Shown here in pieces: positions 28,839 through 44,241 of a DNA stretch of 64,000 nt. Source of the DNA: the human T2T-CHM13v2.0 reference genome, Homo sapiens. The DNA lies in NCBI RefSeq assembly GCF_009914755.1, contig NC_060936.1. One strand, written 5' to 3'. The notes below the pieces were generated by a model. That model did no database searches. It worked only from the letters and a program-made list of their open reading frames with translations, and was not told the origin of the DNA. A program made the translations under genes and the position numbers. Each line of letters opens with the position of its first letter. Positions within the stretch are counted from its first letter, which is position 1.

Positions 28839-31719
28839 CTCTTTTAATTAAAAATATTTAATAGATTGCATCTTCTGAAGGGAACACTGAATATGAATAT
28901 GCAAAGCAAAATAAAAATTGGCAATTCAAAGAGAATAATACTTTCCTGGAAGTTATGTGCCTTAAGTTTTTCGAGTAGCAAGACTATTTGTTCAGGACAT
29001 TTACATTTACTTGTCTGGTTCCTGTTGTAATTAAGGTTGTTGTGAAAAGGCTAATCAATATTAGGAATTAAACTTTACTGTGTATTAAAGATTGTTTCAC
29101 AATAGAATGTTACTTATCCAATATGGCAATTCAAAACATACATTGAGCTTGAATAGAAAGGTTTCTAATTCAAATGAATGAAACAACAAACACTTTTATT
29201 TGATGCATAAACAGAATTACACAAACTTAGCATATCACTTTAATAAAAAATATCAATTTCATTACTCTTATCTATGAATTTCAATTATTATTATATCTTA
29301 TAGTTCATGCTTTCCTTTTCTCTCTTACATGTTTTGAACATCTTTATTTTTCTAAGTTGAGAGTTTACTCTGTGAGCATTCCATGTAAATTTTTATAACC
29401 AAGTCTGTCATATATAATATTCAGAAGCCTTTAAATAGAAGATTTATTTATGGTAAACATGCAGTCTTTCAAACTTTTATACCATTTTTCTTCTCTTTTC
29501 TCTAAATCCTCCTTGCCATCAGTTTCTGATATAGAACATGCCAATCTCCATACTTCTCTACCCATTTCTTCCCACATACAAAAACCTGGTTCATTATACC
29601 GTTATTTAGCGGCATGAACAAGTTCATCAGGTCCTGGCATAAAATATAAATTGAAGTAGAAACACAGATTTCAAAGAAATATAGAAAAAGACAACATAGA
29701 ATAATAAAAAAGATAAACTTCCTTGTAATCTTCACTATGTATTTCACCAGAGTAGAGATCAACAAAATTTACCATAACATGTAAATCTAAAATCAAAACT
29801 ACTTTTGAGCTATATTTACTTATGAATAAATTAATATTCTGTATTTAAATATAATCTGAGTTTATACAAAATATTTTATTATACATTACAAAAGTTCAAA
29901 CTGTATTTAAAAACATGTTCATCAAAAATGTGGTCACCAACAACTTTTGAAGTGATCTTCATCAAGGTTGCCCCCTATGTTTACCTTGCCACATGTTTAG
30001 TTTCTGAGATGTTCTCTGCATTGAGATCAAGTACTTCGTTACACCTTTCCTTCTTTCTGATAAGAAGAGCAGCACTTTTCACTTCTTCACCACCTTTTTG
30101 CTCTTCTCTTTGCTAGCATCACTACTTTTACCAAATAGCTTTTCCCAGCCTCTTCCGTGCCACCAAAGTCAGAGATGGAGGGGAGGATTAGATGCGCAAA
30201 ACAATGTAAAGGTACAAGGTTCTCCCAGGAAATGGTATAAAATGAAAAAAGAAAAACAAAAGCAAGTTGAAGATAAATAAGGAAAGGCTCAGAAATAGAA
30301 TCTGATTCTTGTCATTATCTGAAAGAAATAAATGCTTCTTTACTACTAGTTGGACACAGAATATTTTAAAAGTTTTTGAAATAATGTACCTAAAGTGAGC
30401 AGGAAAACTAACTAGAAAATGTCCATTTTTGTTTTGTTAATTCCACTTCCACTGTTCTATCCTTTTCTAAACAGGGAGACAAACATTTAAAAACAGTTTA
30501 TGGCAGCCAAATTCCATCCTACAATGATTCAGAAATCACAATTCAGGTCTTCCTTTGCTACCTTGTTTTCTTAGTGCTTCACTAATAACTGTAAATCACT
30601 AAAATTTTACTCCAAAATTAGGCTTTGTCTTATTGGCTGGAGACACCCAGAAAATGTTCTAGTAAGAAGACTGTTTTATTATGAGTAACATAATAGCTGG
30701 GCTGGAGGGTTAAAATTTATCTAAACAAGTATATCTGCCAGTTAAAATGTCTTTCTGTTTCATTACATTATTTTGATATTAATCCATACTTACTATGTGC
30801 CTAAAGCAACAGTAGTCCTGATAAATAAAACAGAAGAAAAAATACTTAATTAAACTCCACTGAAATCATTTTATAATGTTTAATACTTGAAAAAGATTAA
30901 TTAGAGTTAATTGTGATAAATACAGCAAAACTGAAGGAAAACTAGTTTACAGGAACATTTGTGACTCCTATGTACAAATGTGCTTTCATTAAAAAGAGGT
31001 AGTAAATGTTTTAACATAATTCTATATTGTTTTGAAAAAAATTATCAATACTTTTCTCATGATTTACAAGAAAGAGTATGGTAATAAGCACGTTCTACTA
31101 AAAATTCTGCCTAACTTTACCTTCGATCATTAAAAATTGTAATAATTTTATTTCCTTATCTCAAAAACAGAAACACCTTTATCTGAGATAAAACATTTGG
31201 TCACAGAGTCTCTCTAATCATCAAAGATTCTACATTTCAATCAAGTCACTTGAAGAAAAATAATAGAAATGATTAAGACTTTTAAGTATCGAAGAGAAAT
31301 TTCTTTTAAGTTATAGATAAAATGACCAAATGCCTAAGCTTGGGAGAAAACAACACAAGTCCAATAGGAGCATTTTGTTGTAAATTATTTAATTCATGTA
31401 TTGTTATACATTTGTCATTAATCGCAAACTGAAAAATATGTTTAACCTTCAGCCATCTACAGGTTAAAAATGTCAAAGTCCTTTTGTTCCATTTATCTAT
31501 AAATTACTTAGAATAATCTAGCATTAAGATCTGTGATTCTAGAACTTTTTATTTATAGTTAGAGAATGTATACTTTTTAAGGAAATAAAAAGCTTTTTCC
31601 ATTTGAGCATGGGTTTTGCCTTTCTGACAGCTCTAAGTCCACAGGATGTGGAGGGATGATTTAAATTTTACATCAAAATTGTGACTGCACTAGACTTTTT
31701 TCCCCCTTCTCAAGGGAGG

Positions 31720-31880
31720 CATTGTTCTTGCCTTTCCATAACCAGGCGTGACAGCGCCAGACTGGAGTCATACGGCTGGTCTCTGAGTCAGCGTGAAAGT
31801 GCTCACCTCCTGAGTTTCCCCAGATGCTCGGCTCCTTGTGTGTCTGAAAGCTAAGCAGAGTAGCCACATACCCCATTCCT
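31720..31880. promoter_or_regulatory. Candidate intronic enhancer
   Basis: Apparently repeat-free, locally GC/CpG-rich patch with SOX, AP-1/ARE, MEIS and TEAD motifs. Motif evidence only. Confidence 0.4.
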
Positions 31881-32416
31881 GGGACAGACACAGGATTGTG
31901 GGGAAGAATCTAGAGATTAGTAAAAACTATCTCTTCCGATATAGGCTGTAAAAATCTTTTATTAATAATATGAAGTACTAAAAAGCAAAGCCCCATATTT
32001 AATATAAGTACAATTTTTCTGACCCAAAAGTTCAGAGGATTGATTAACAAATTGATTAACGAGGAATAGTGTGCTTCCGGGTTAAGGAAATAAAGACAGT
32101 ATTAAAAATCAGAAGCCTTTTGGATTTTTCTGAGACATATGGTTGCCATATGTATAAATTTTAGGTTATAGACAGCCGAATAGACAGCCAAAAAAAAAAA
32201 AATACTGTGTGAAATGCTTACCCATTCTCAATATCTCTAATAAGGTATCTTTAAAAATTATCTGCAGAATCCCTGCTACAGGGACAATCTTTTCTGCTTT
32301 CTATCAGAACAATTGGTAGTGAAAAAGGAATTAATTCCATTTCTATTGTTCTATCGTTGAATAAACCTGTCAGGCCTAAGTTTGGGAGGTGTCTGTGTCT
32401 TGTTTATATATGCAAC

Positions 32417-32533
32417 CATGTGTGTGCATGTGTGTATGTGTGCACACGTGCGTGCAGAGAGAGAGAGACAAAAAGAGGAATTAGAGGAAGAGGAGGAAGA
32501 GGACGAAGAGGAGGAGAAGCAGAAGGAAGAGAA
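32417..32533 (+). repeat. Compound (TG/CA)n-(GA)n-(GAG/GAA)n simple repeat
   Basis: Alternating purine-pyrimidine run 32417-32456 followed by a purine-rich tract. Confidence 0.85.
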
Positions 32534-35500
32534 ACTTTACTATCTAATGATATGTTAATGAACATCAATATTCTTTCTTTTTTTTATGGAACCCGTCTAT
32601 TAAGGGTTGGACCACACCACCTTAATTTAATCATGATCTGATGCTAACAACTTTCAATAATATATAATTCAAAACTATTTGAAAGTTTTGTGTATTTTAA
32701 AGGAAAATAGAAGTAGAAAACTCCTTCCAATTTTTAACCCATGAAAAGGAAACTCAAATGTTATGTAATTCCTAAATATTACTACTACAATTAGTATTAC
32801 TAATTTCTTAGTAATTCCAATTTTTTCATGTTATCCTTATGAGAGTGTTTTAATGTCTACATAGATCACAAATGCGTATATATGGGAATGTTTGTAATAA
32901 TCTGTAAAAACAGCTCGCCATATTCACCATATTCATCATGGGAGAAGATGGATGTTCATTCATGGATAACACTGGTCAGGTGAGGTGCATAAGCAAAAAA
33001 AAAAAAATGTTTCGAGTAGGAAAGAATATCTATTCAGGCTTTATAATACTGCATCCTCTATAAAAAAATCATTTTACTTGTTTTAATGACTTGGTCATTT
33101 TGACCCCTTTGGGACTTTACAGTACTGCAATCGCAGAACTGCAAATAGGGAATAAAATTTTAGATTCCAAAATAATATCCTTAGGTACATATTTTGAGCA
33201 TCTTCCCTGACTTCTTATCTGGGATTCTTCCTGTTAAAGTGCCCATCCCCACTCTTGCTCTCTCCCTCCCATCTCACATTACTGGCTAAGTCTAAATAAA
33301 TAGCGAATTGTTCCATAATCAAAAGTGACTTATTCTTAGCATGGTCTACGTCTTGAAATAAAATCTGTGGCATGTTTAATTTATTTAGGATCTAATAATG
33401 ATGACAAAAATAATTAAGTAACCAGTCTAGTTTTAATTTCTTTTGTTTTCAAAGGTCATTGTGAAATCAAGCAAGTTAAGCCGTCTAAAGAAAACCTCCA
33501 GAGAATGCTTCCCCCCAGCAGAAATGAGAAAGGAGGCCCACAGCTAAAATGAGTACTGAACATCAGCATCAGATTTGTTGAAAACTGACTGTCTAAGTAG
33601 TCCAATGAAGAGAAATATTATGACCCCCTACCCTCTTTGGAATCCAAATAACCCTGACAAGGAATCGTTTATATATTGCTAAATTCTGGCCAATTTAGGG
33701 GGCTCACTCTTTCTTTCCATGCCCCATACAGACTTGGTTACAGCCTGTTTCTACAGCAGCTGTTGAAAATGTACAAAGTAGAAAATATTTATGTTATATT
33801 CAAAATAGACAGCAAGGAACGTATATACAGTGCACAAATCTTTTCTCAAACAACAGCTTCTGATGTGAGAGACAGGCATACTAGACAGAGATAAATTTTC
33901 CGAACTTCTCAGCAAAAATAAAGAATATGCCATCCTAATTAGGAAAAGTCCAAAAGTAAGGGTGCAGTGCCAAAGACGATGAGCATCTATCAACCCAAAC
34001 TCCAAAACAGCGGGATGCAGCTATGGTTGATGTTACAAGAATGCTGAGCCTCTTCATTGGCTCCTTTCATGCCAAAGCTCCTTTGCTTGGATGAATATGA
34101 ATTAAATCCATAAGCTTTCCTATTTTTCTAGCTTGACCTCTAAACTCATTTTATGTCTTAACTGTTTATCTTCTTTCCCCATTAATCTTTCTAGTTTTAG
34201 CACATGCCCTGTTGTTTTTAGAAAAAAAAAAAGTTTAAAAGCATGGTTCATACTGCCACTGTGGGCAAGTTAGGAATGCTAACCCCCAAAATAAAAATTC
34301 AAAGGTTGTGGCATATACTGCAGAGAAGAAAATCATCAAACTCCAGCAATGGTATGACAAGTATAAACACACAATAAGACCCCAGCACAAGATTTGCATT
34401 ATATTTCAAACAGGGCTAACAGTAATATTACTATTAAGTTCCCATTTGTTCATACTTTAAAAGTACGTCATAGAGATAAGCCTTTTGAAGTAAATAGCTT
34501 TTCCTGTATGCTTTCTCTTTTCAATCAGTTCTATGCCTTGGCACATACAATGGAGGTGTTTTCTGAAACACTGTAACTATAATATGAATATCTAGTTTTA
34601 GATGGTAATATAACTGAGTTCATTCTCATCATTTGTTAGAATATAGCCATAAGAAATTTTACTGATTAGCACAATCAATTTACCCATATCACCACAAAAT
34701 CTGTCAGTACAAAAATTGAAACAAAAATTGTAAAAGTGTTCACCTTACAAATCTGGAAAAGAAAAACTTAATCAAATAAAAGCAAAACCTTCAAGTTGGA
34801 ATCTTGCACTTCAATACAGTATTTACCATTTACCATTTATAGGTACTCAGTCTGCCATCTTTTCTGCTGTTCTCTACAGTTTCCCCCTTAGCTTAACAAA
34901 GGCCCAGCTGTATAAACCAGTCCTGTCAAAGAACATAGTTAAGGGATGGATAAAACAGGGAGGGGTGTCTAACATGCTGACCACTGTCTGAGCTTATGAG
35001 GATAAAGAAGCCTTGATGGAGAAAAGTAATCATCCATTGCTGTTTTCTTTTTTTTTTAACCTCATTACCACATGCTAGAACATTTTTTTTCCACTACCCA
35101 AACACCCCCATTCCAATCCCCGACAACTGAAAGACCTTTGTGTTCCAAAGGGGACCAAATCCACCCCAACCTCTACTTCCATCCTCTTTTTTTTTGTTTT
35201 TTGTTTTTTGCTGCTGGCAAGTTTATGGAGGCATGATCATTTAAAGACCTCTCAAAATACTGGTTTCCTCTCCATCACACCATCCACACACAGTTCCCTG
35301 AAAACATTTTTAAAGGCTACATAAACTTACTTGCTTTGGATTCCTTTTTTACTAAAATATTATCAACAACTTTTGATTTCAAGATAGTTATTTATGCTAA
35401 GGACTCTAGAAAATGATACATGCCTTAAAAAGATATTAAAGCACATATAATAGAGGTAGAATGAGTGCTGAAATCTAGGATATATAAATTACATTTTAAA

Positions 35501-36969
35501 GAATATGTTTCTTGTAGAATATGTATTTCAAAGGGAGTTGGCTAAATGCATACTCAAAGTGTGTAGCAACTGTAAGATATGATTCTGAAATTTGAAGGAA
35601 AGTTAGGCTAAGCTAATTAATCCTTTCAAAATCCTAGCTCTCATGTGTCCAAGAACATCAAACCATGTGGAAGATTTCCCGCAGGTTTAAATACGCATTT
35701 CCTATTTTCAAGTTTGTCACTCTTACATTCTATGCTGACATTATTTATAGAGGACTGAAGCCTAATCCCCCAAAGATAGCTACCATAACTGTATTAGTTA
35801 GTAAGCAAAACACAATAAATGCCCAAGGAAATCCCAGGGCAAGAGCCACCAGACCTATATGGAGAGAGCTGTATCATCTGTTAAGTTAGTTCTATTTCAG
35901 GGTGCCTTTTGAGGTTGGGACAAATATTTGAACATTATTAAATCCTCTATTTATCCAAAGACTTCTGCAGCTGCAGTGTAAGTCTTCTTCGTACTGTCCT
36001 GTCAGTGATCTAAAGGGATTATCCTTTTTTAGATGGGGTAAAATGTGATTTCTTCCCCAACCTGTGTATTTTTCTATTCAACATAAAATGTATATTTATA
36101 ACAGAAAACATAGTCTCCTCAGAGTAAACTATTATCTATAGTTGCTTTCAGATCCACCTCTTCACAACATTCGCAGCTGGTTTAGCTACAATAGCAACAG
36201 CTACTCTTATTCTAACTTGCTTCATGTAGTAGCCCACTTTCAGAAGTAATTGAGTAGTTACTTCCTATTATTTTTTCTTATGAAACAGATATTTTATATC
36301 AAAGCATATAATAAATAATACCTGCTAATGTCATATTCAAATCATAGTACAGAAGTGAAATACAGAAGAAAAACAAAAAAAAATTCCATTGCAAAAGGGA
36401 ACAATATTTAAACTCACCTCCTTACCATCATAAACATCTCACCTTGCCTTTCCTTAAAATACTTACTTAACTTTCCAGAAATACATGTGGATAATCTATC
36501 CAATACTTACAAAACCCCAAAAAAATGTTATTTTGAAAAATAAAACTAAACCACTAAGGAAGACACCATTCTGTGACATCTCAAGAGATGTTAGATATTA
36601 ATTAAAATGATCATGAAATATAAGCCAAATTTTTTCAATTTCAATATATTTCCCAGAGAGTCAATTTTGTTTATACTACAGCATGTCTTCATGTTAACAA
36701 ACTTACAAAAATGAACAGCAGAGCCTTAAATCTGCTCAAACTTGTTGTTCGGTTTTTCTTCCATGTCTTTGCATTTTTGTTACTGTAAATGACTTATTAA
36801 TAACATATAATGATTAAAACCTCTCTGGAAATGTTTTTTTAAATGATGTATACCTTTTATTCCTTACAGTTCCTTGCAGAGCAGTAAGAACAACATGTGA
36901 GAGAGACCTAAAGATAGGTTCTAGTACATATTCATGAACTTTGGTTTCAAAGTGGTTTGAATGACTCCC

Positions 36970-38400
36970 ACTAATTATGCATTGATATGTAACAGTGACT
37001 GTTCTAGGTGCTTTCCATGTATTATTTCTGGTCACCAAAACAACACACTATTGGACCGTAGACATATATGTAAGAGCTAAAACCATAAACCACTTAGAAG
37101 GAAACACAGAAGAACATCTTCGTGGCCTTGGGTTAGGCAATGGTTTGCTACATTCGACACCAAACACACAAGTGACAAAAGAACAAAACAGATACATTGG
37201 ACTTCATTAAAATTAAAAACTTTTGCACTGAATATGATGCTAACAATGAAGTGAAAAGGCAATCCAAAGAATGGGAGAAAATACTTGCAAATATATATCT
37301 GGTAAGAGAACTGCACCCAGAATTTATAAAGAATCCTGATAATTTATATATAAATATATATGCATATACTTATATACATGGAATTATTGTACAACACTTA
37401 CAATAGAAAGATAATCCATTTTTAAAATGAGAAAAGGATCTGAATATACATTTCTCCCCAGAAGATATACAAATGATCAGTAAGCACATAAGAAGATGCT
37501 CAACAGCATTAGTTATCAAGGAAATGCAAACCAAAATCACAATAAGATGTCACTGCACATCTGCTAGAATGGCTAAAATAAAAAGGACAGACAATAACAA
37601 ATGTTGGAGAAGATGTGGATAAATTGGAACCATCAAAGATTGCTGTTAGGAATGTAAAATAGCGCAGCCACTTTCAAAAACAGTTTGCAGTTTCTAAAGA
37701 GTTACCATATGACCTAGCAATTCCCCTCCTTGGTAAATACCCAAGACAATTGAAAACATATGTCCATGCAAAAGCTTGTACCCAAAGGTACATAACAGCA
37801 TTATTCATAATAGCGAAAAAGTGGAAACAGGCCAAGAATCTGTTAAATGATGAATGAAAAAACAATACGTGGCATATCCATACAATGGAACATGATTCAA
37901 TAATAAAAAGGAATGAAGTACTGATACATGCTACAAAACTGATGAACCTTGAAAACATTACGCCAAGTGAAAGAAGCCATTCACAAAGGTCTACATATTC
38001 TACAATTCCATTTATATGCAATGTCCAGAATAGAAAAAATTGTATAGAAAGTAGATTGGTGGTTGTCTAGGGTAGGGTATGGGGGTGGGGAGGGGAAATG
38101 GGGAACGACTGCTAATAGTCACAAGATGTCTTTTAGAGTAATGAAAATATTCTAAAATTAGATTGTGGTGATGACTGCACAATTCTGAAAATACTAAAAT
38201 CTACTGAATTATACATTAAGTGGGTAAATTTTATAGTACTGAATTATATTTCAATAAAGCAATATGTTTTAAAACTACAAAGCACACATTATCACGTCCA
38301 TTCTACTGATAGAAACTAGCTCAGAGATATTACCTAAGATGATAAAGCCTCACAGTTAGAAAGTGGCTGAACTAGAATTTGGCGCTAGACTTGCTCCAAA
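36970..38400 (-). mobile_element. MIR split into two halves (36970-37048 and 38275-38400) by an L1MB
   Basis: Left half actgttctaggtgctttccatgtattatt. Right half ccattctactgatagaaactagctcagaga...cacagttagaaagtggctgaactagaattt. Confidence 0.6.
37050..38272 (+). mobile_element. 5'-truncated L1MB (L1MB3/4-like): ORF2 3' end and 3'UTR
   Basis: ORF2 remnants (DFIKIKNFC...EWEKILANIY; NLENITPSERSHSQR) and 3'UTR ending gaattatatttcaataaagc. Confidence 0.9.
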
Positions 38401-38703
38401 TATTATCATATTTTCATTGTTAATTAAAAGTCAAATATAAAATTTTTTTATGAAAGAACTTAAATATATGCTTTAAATTGGATTTTTCCCCAAAGAATCA
38501 AAAATGTATTTCTCATTTCTATTGCTTTTATTTGAATACAAGCTTTTATTGAACATTGTTGTTAGATCTACATTAGGTACATGTTTTTTCTTTTCTTTTT
38601 TTAAGTTCTTTTTTTTTTAGCTCCTTTTCTCTTTGCCACATCAACTTTTTACACTCCTCATAGGCAAATATTTGACGACTGTTCTAAAACAAAGCACTGA
38701 ATA

Positions 38704-39034
<331 letters not shown>

Positions 39035-40242
39035 TCATTACTAATATTTACGTAGAACAGACAATATCTTGTTCCCCCATAGAACTCCAATGAAAGATTA
39101 TAAATTTTTATATAATTGTTACTAATTTCTTCATTTATATGCTTAGAAAAGATAATATGGGTTATTTTATTATCCAATAGCTTAGTCTATAGTGGTCTGA
39201 TCCAGCATTTCATCCTTGTTAACCCAGGTAAAGCTTTGGAAAGGTAACTCAACCTTCAGTTTGTCACAGGAAACTTCTGAAGGAATTAAAACCTTTGCAA
39301 ACAACTTCTGGAATAATCTCCAAAATAATAATTATTAGCTGTTAATATCTGTTTCCTCTATCTCCAGAGCCCTAAATTAATTCATTTCCTACAAAATCAA
39401 CTATTGTTGGTGCTCACTGTATAATGAAGTCTAATTTTTTTTTAAAACATTACAGAGGGTAAGTAAAATGGATAAGCTGATGGTTTTCTAAATTTTTTTC
39501 ATAGTAGTTGTTTTACAAATACATTTCCACTGTTATAAAAGTAGAACATTATACTCAATTAATATACCATGATATATTCCATGATGCTTTCCAGTTATAA
39601 TAGTAGTTGGAATTAATTTATGGCCATGCAACATAGGCTTAATTAAATAGACATTGATTTACCAGGGCAAGTAACTTCAAACCAATTTAGAAATCAGGAT
39701 TTCCTTGAGGTATATCTAGAAGCAAGTGTTTCAATTTTATTTCCTTAAAAATAATTTCATCTCTATCACGGCAGAGGAGAAAGAAGTGAATTAGAGGGAA
39801 GAGGCACAGACATTTGAGTGATACCAATAATAACAACAAAATATGTAAATGTAAGCAGTAAAGCAAAAGAGCTTACTGATTCCCAAGGACCTGGATATTT
39901 AAAAAATCAATTACTAGTCTCATTATTAATTAAAGTAATTGTTTTTAAATTCTGTACTAGTAGTTCACATTTATTCATTTTTATCTTCTTCCAAATTTAG
40001 CTTAACTTTTTTATTATAATAAGTAATGTACTTGAAAATTCTAGATGAAAATACAAAACCTCACATTTCTGGTCTTTCTTTCCATTACTGAAACCCATCT
40101 AATAGACGTTTAATCCAGAAGAAACTCTTTAACCAAAATTAAAGTGAGTTTACTATTGGATTGTAAACTCTGAGCCAAAACCAATATTACTCATTTTTCA
40201 ATCTAATGAAGGACCTAACATAAAGCATAATAAATCAAAGTA

Positions 40243-40495
40243 GAGGCATGAGGGCAATGTCTAAGAGCATAAGCTTTGATTAGACAGACCTAGACTGAGT
40301 CTTAGCTATGTTCTTTCCTACCTCTGTGACCTTGATCATGTTACTTAACCTCTCTGAGTCCCTTTTCCCATTACAGGAAACATAAGTAGTACATTATTTA
40401 TGGATTTTTAGGGAAGTAAATGAGTACATATAGAAACATGTAGCACCAAATCAAACAGTATACATACTGAATAAATGCTATCTATTATTATTGCT
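40243..40495 (+). mobile_element. MIR
   Basis: ctgtgaccttgatcatgttacttaacctctctgag core and aataaatgctatctattatt tail. Confidence 0.85.
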
Positions 40496-42312
40496 GTTGT
40501 TCTTTGAAATTGAATTGAATATCATTTAAACCACTTAGCTCTAAACCATAGTTAAGGTTAGGATACGACACAATCTAATTAGCTATGAGAAGCCATCTGT
40601 GTTTAATATACTTGGACCTTTGAAAAGGAGTCAAGAGTTATTTTAATATTTTTATACAGCCAAAAATTTTACTTCTGAATTTAAAAAATAAGACTTAGAA
40701 TTCGTGGTGTGAAGCTAAGATTTCTGAATCTTGCTAGAAAAGTGAGTAATCACGTTCTTACAACTGGCTCTGAAGCATCCTGGGCCTTCAAATAACGTTA
40801 GTTTCAATTAAGTTTAAAACAAATCACTTGAATGACACCGAGAACTATACTAATAGTCTTCCTACTACCAACATACCAAAACCCCATCCCATTACTAGGA
40901 ATTCAGAATATGGTTTTTTGCTACACGACATTTATTTCCAAATAACATAGATAAAAGAAATTCCCACCATGTGCTTCTTTAGGAGATGCTGAATCTCCTT
41001 AAAATCAAGGACAGTAGGACATGTTATTGTAAGATTCAGTCATTGTGAAAGTTTCATTCGAAACTGCTATTCACATAAACAGTGGTTCCCTCATTCTATG
41101 TGCAGGACTTAAGACTTCCAGACAAAGAAATGGGTGTCTATTGTAAAGAATAAATGTGGGACACAGGTGCATTGTATCACTGAACTTGCTGCACTAGCAT
41201 TGCAAGAAAAAATCACAAACTCTTAAGTTTGGCTTAGATTGATACAGTGCATTTTGAAGAGCCATCTGAGGACCATGAGGTTAAACCCAAAAAGGATGAT
41301 TTTTGACCAGAAAAATCAAGCTAACACAAGAAATAAGAATGAAAAAAGAAAAACTAGTAAGAATTTCCTTTTCAATCTATGTAGCTATTTAGCTACTGAA
41401 ATAGTTGATTCACCCTCTTTCTTACACACTATCATCAATAATTTTGGCCATCAGCATTCCCAAAATGACCATGTTGTTCATCTAGAAATATTTTATACTT
41501 CTAATAAAATGTTTGAAAACAAAGGAGTGTAACCGCACACAATCCAAGAGAAAACAATTGAACTAGAATGCTCCATCAATCATTTGGCAAAAGAAAATCA
41601 ATAGAAAATGTGCAGTTCCAGGTAGATTTCTGCAGGCTATCAGCAAAAAGCAGGATGAAATAATAGCTACTTCAAAATGGAGTGATGTCGAGATAGTTTA
41701 AACACCACCAATTACTTGCCATATGGACTGTCTCCCCTCAGCTCATGGAGTATATAGAAACTATTCAGACTTAATAAGCACTGCTGTGGGTGTACTGTCA
41801 AGAAATGTAAACCCTCATTCATATTTTGGAGATAATGTGGATAAATATAAGAAACAATAAAGAACTATAATCTAAGGGAAATTTATACTTCAATGTTACC
41901 AATATTGTTTTAATTGCAAACATTGGGTAAAATGTATTTTATAATAAATAATCAATGTAGCCTTTCCGGTTCTTAGAAACCCACAGGGAATTATCAAGGA
42001 ATGTAATATTAGAATTCCCAATTCAGTATCAACATGGGCATCAATCCAGAAGCTACCAGTAAAGTCTAGGTTTTAAATATTTTTACCAACTCATCTGGTG
42101 ATTACTGCCTATGGAATTTCTATCAGGGCTTTTTAATATCTAAAAAAAAACTAACCGTTAAAATTTTATACATGGATATTTTGTGTTACATACAGAACAC
42201 ACAGCTCACTACACACATCTAAGAAAATTGTTGAAAGGTAACCATGGCATGGCATAGGAATTTCTGTATTTATATTATGTGGTTTTAGAGGACAGAACCT
42301 GAACTATTCCTT

Positions 42313-42480
42313 AATTCATTTAATATTTATTGAAGGTCTACTATGTACCAGGTGCCCTATCTTGTAAAGGCTAGCATATAAACAGATAATCACAATGCTA
42401 TATAATATACAATAGATTTACATATAGAGATACAAGATTTTTTAAAATAATTAAAAGCATTATTGAGAGAAGGTACATTT
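42313..42480 (-). mobile_element. L2 3'-end fragment
   Basis: attcatttaatatttattgaaggtctactatgtaccaggtgc. Confidence 0.6.
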
Positions 42481-42493
42481 AGGCTCAGTATTA

Positions 42494-42871
<378 letters not shown>

Positions 42872-43891
42872 TCAACAGGTAGTGTGCTCCACAACACTTT
42901 AAGTATCCAAACACAAAACAGATCATTTATCAGAAATGCTAGATAGAGGATTCATGGATACCTCCAAAAGGTTGGACTAGTCGACCTTTCTGGTTCCTCT
43001 TACTGCTGATATTTTACTCTTATTTTTGAAAAGTGGGTATGATTGGCTAATATTTTTATTATATTATATATTGTGATTAGCAACAGAATGTAATGGGTCT
43101 CATTTAAAAGTACAACATGTTGGGAAATGGAAATTATAATGGTATGAATAAGAAGTTTCAAGACAGTCCATCAATTGGGTATCTACTAATTATGAGTAAT
43201 TCTTCATGATATGGTAACGAATGTGATATGTTATAAATTATACAGTATACGTTCCTTCATTTCATAAAATAAAGACTACAAAAACTGGTAGTAGGTTATA
43301 TGAGTTATATTCTAAGACTGATGGGAGATTTGAAATGTTTACTCTTTCTTCATTCTTCCTCTAAGACAGCATGTATTTATATATTATGTATGTAGACAGA
43401 TACATGAGAATATTATATGCATGTTTTATGCCTACTAACAATACAACTGTAATATTTTCCTTAACTCTGTTTTTCCATTTCATAAGTAATTTTTACTGTC
43501 TTTCATCTGGCATTTTTTCGTTTAGTCAAAGTATTTTAAAGGACATGGTTCCTAGAGAGTTCTAATTCGGGGTAACAACGGCATACAATTTTAGCATCTT
43601 CTCTTTTCTCCAAATGTCACATATCCTTCTATTACTAAGAAGGGACTAAGTCTTAAATTACTAGTTAAAATACCTGAAGCTAGCAATAATCAATATTTTA
43701 GGATTAACTAAAAATGAGATCGAAAATTTTGCCCAATAACTCATCTCAGGTAATGAATATGGTTCTTTATTTGTTGATTATTTTTCTAGTTGTAAGGATT
43801 TGGCATATACTAGAGTTCTGCTATACTTAACCATGCCTTTCAAATATTTTACCTGCCTATATTTCAGGGACTGATATATATAAGAAAAATG

Positions 43892-44241
<350 letters not shown>

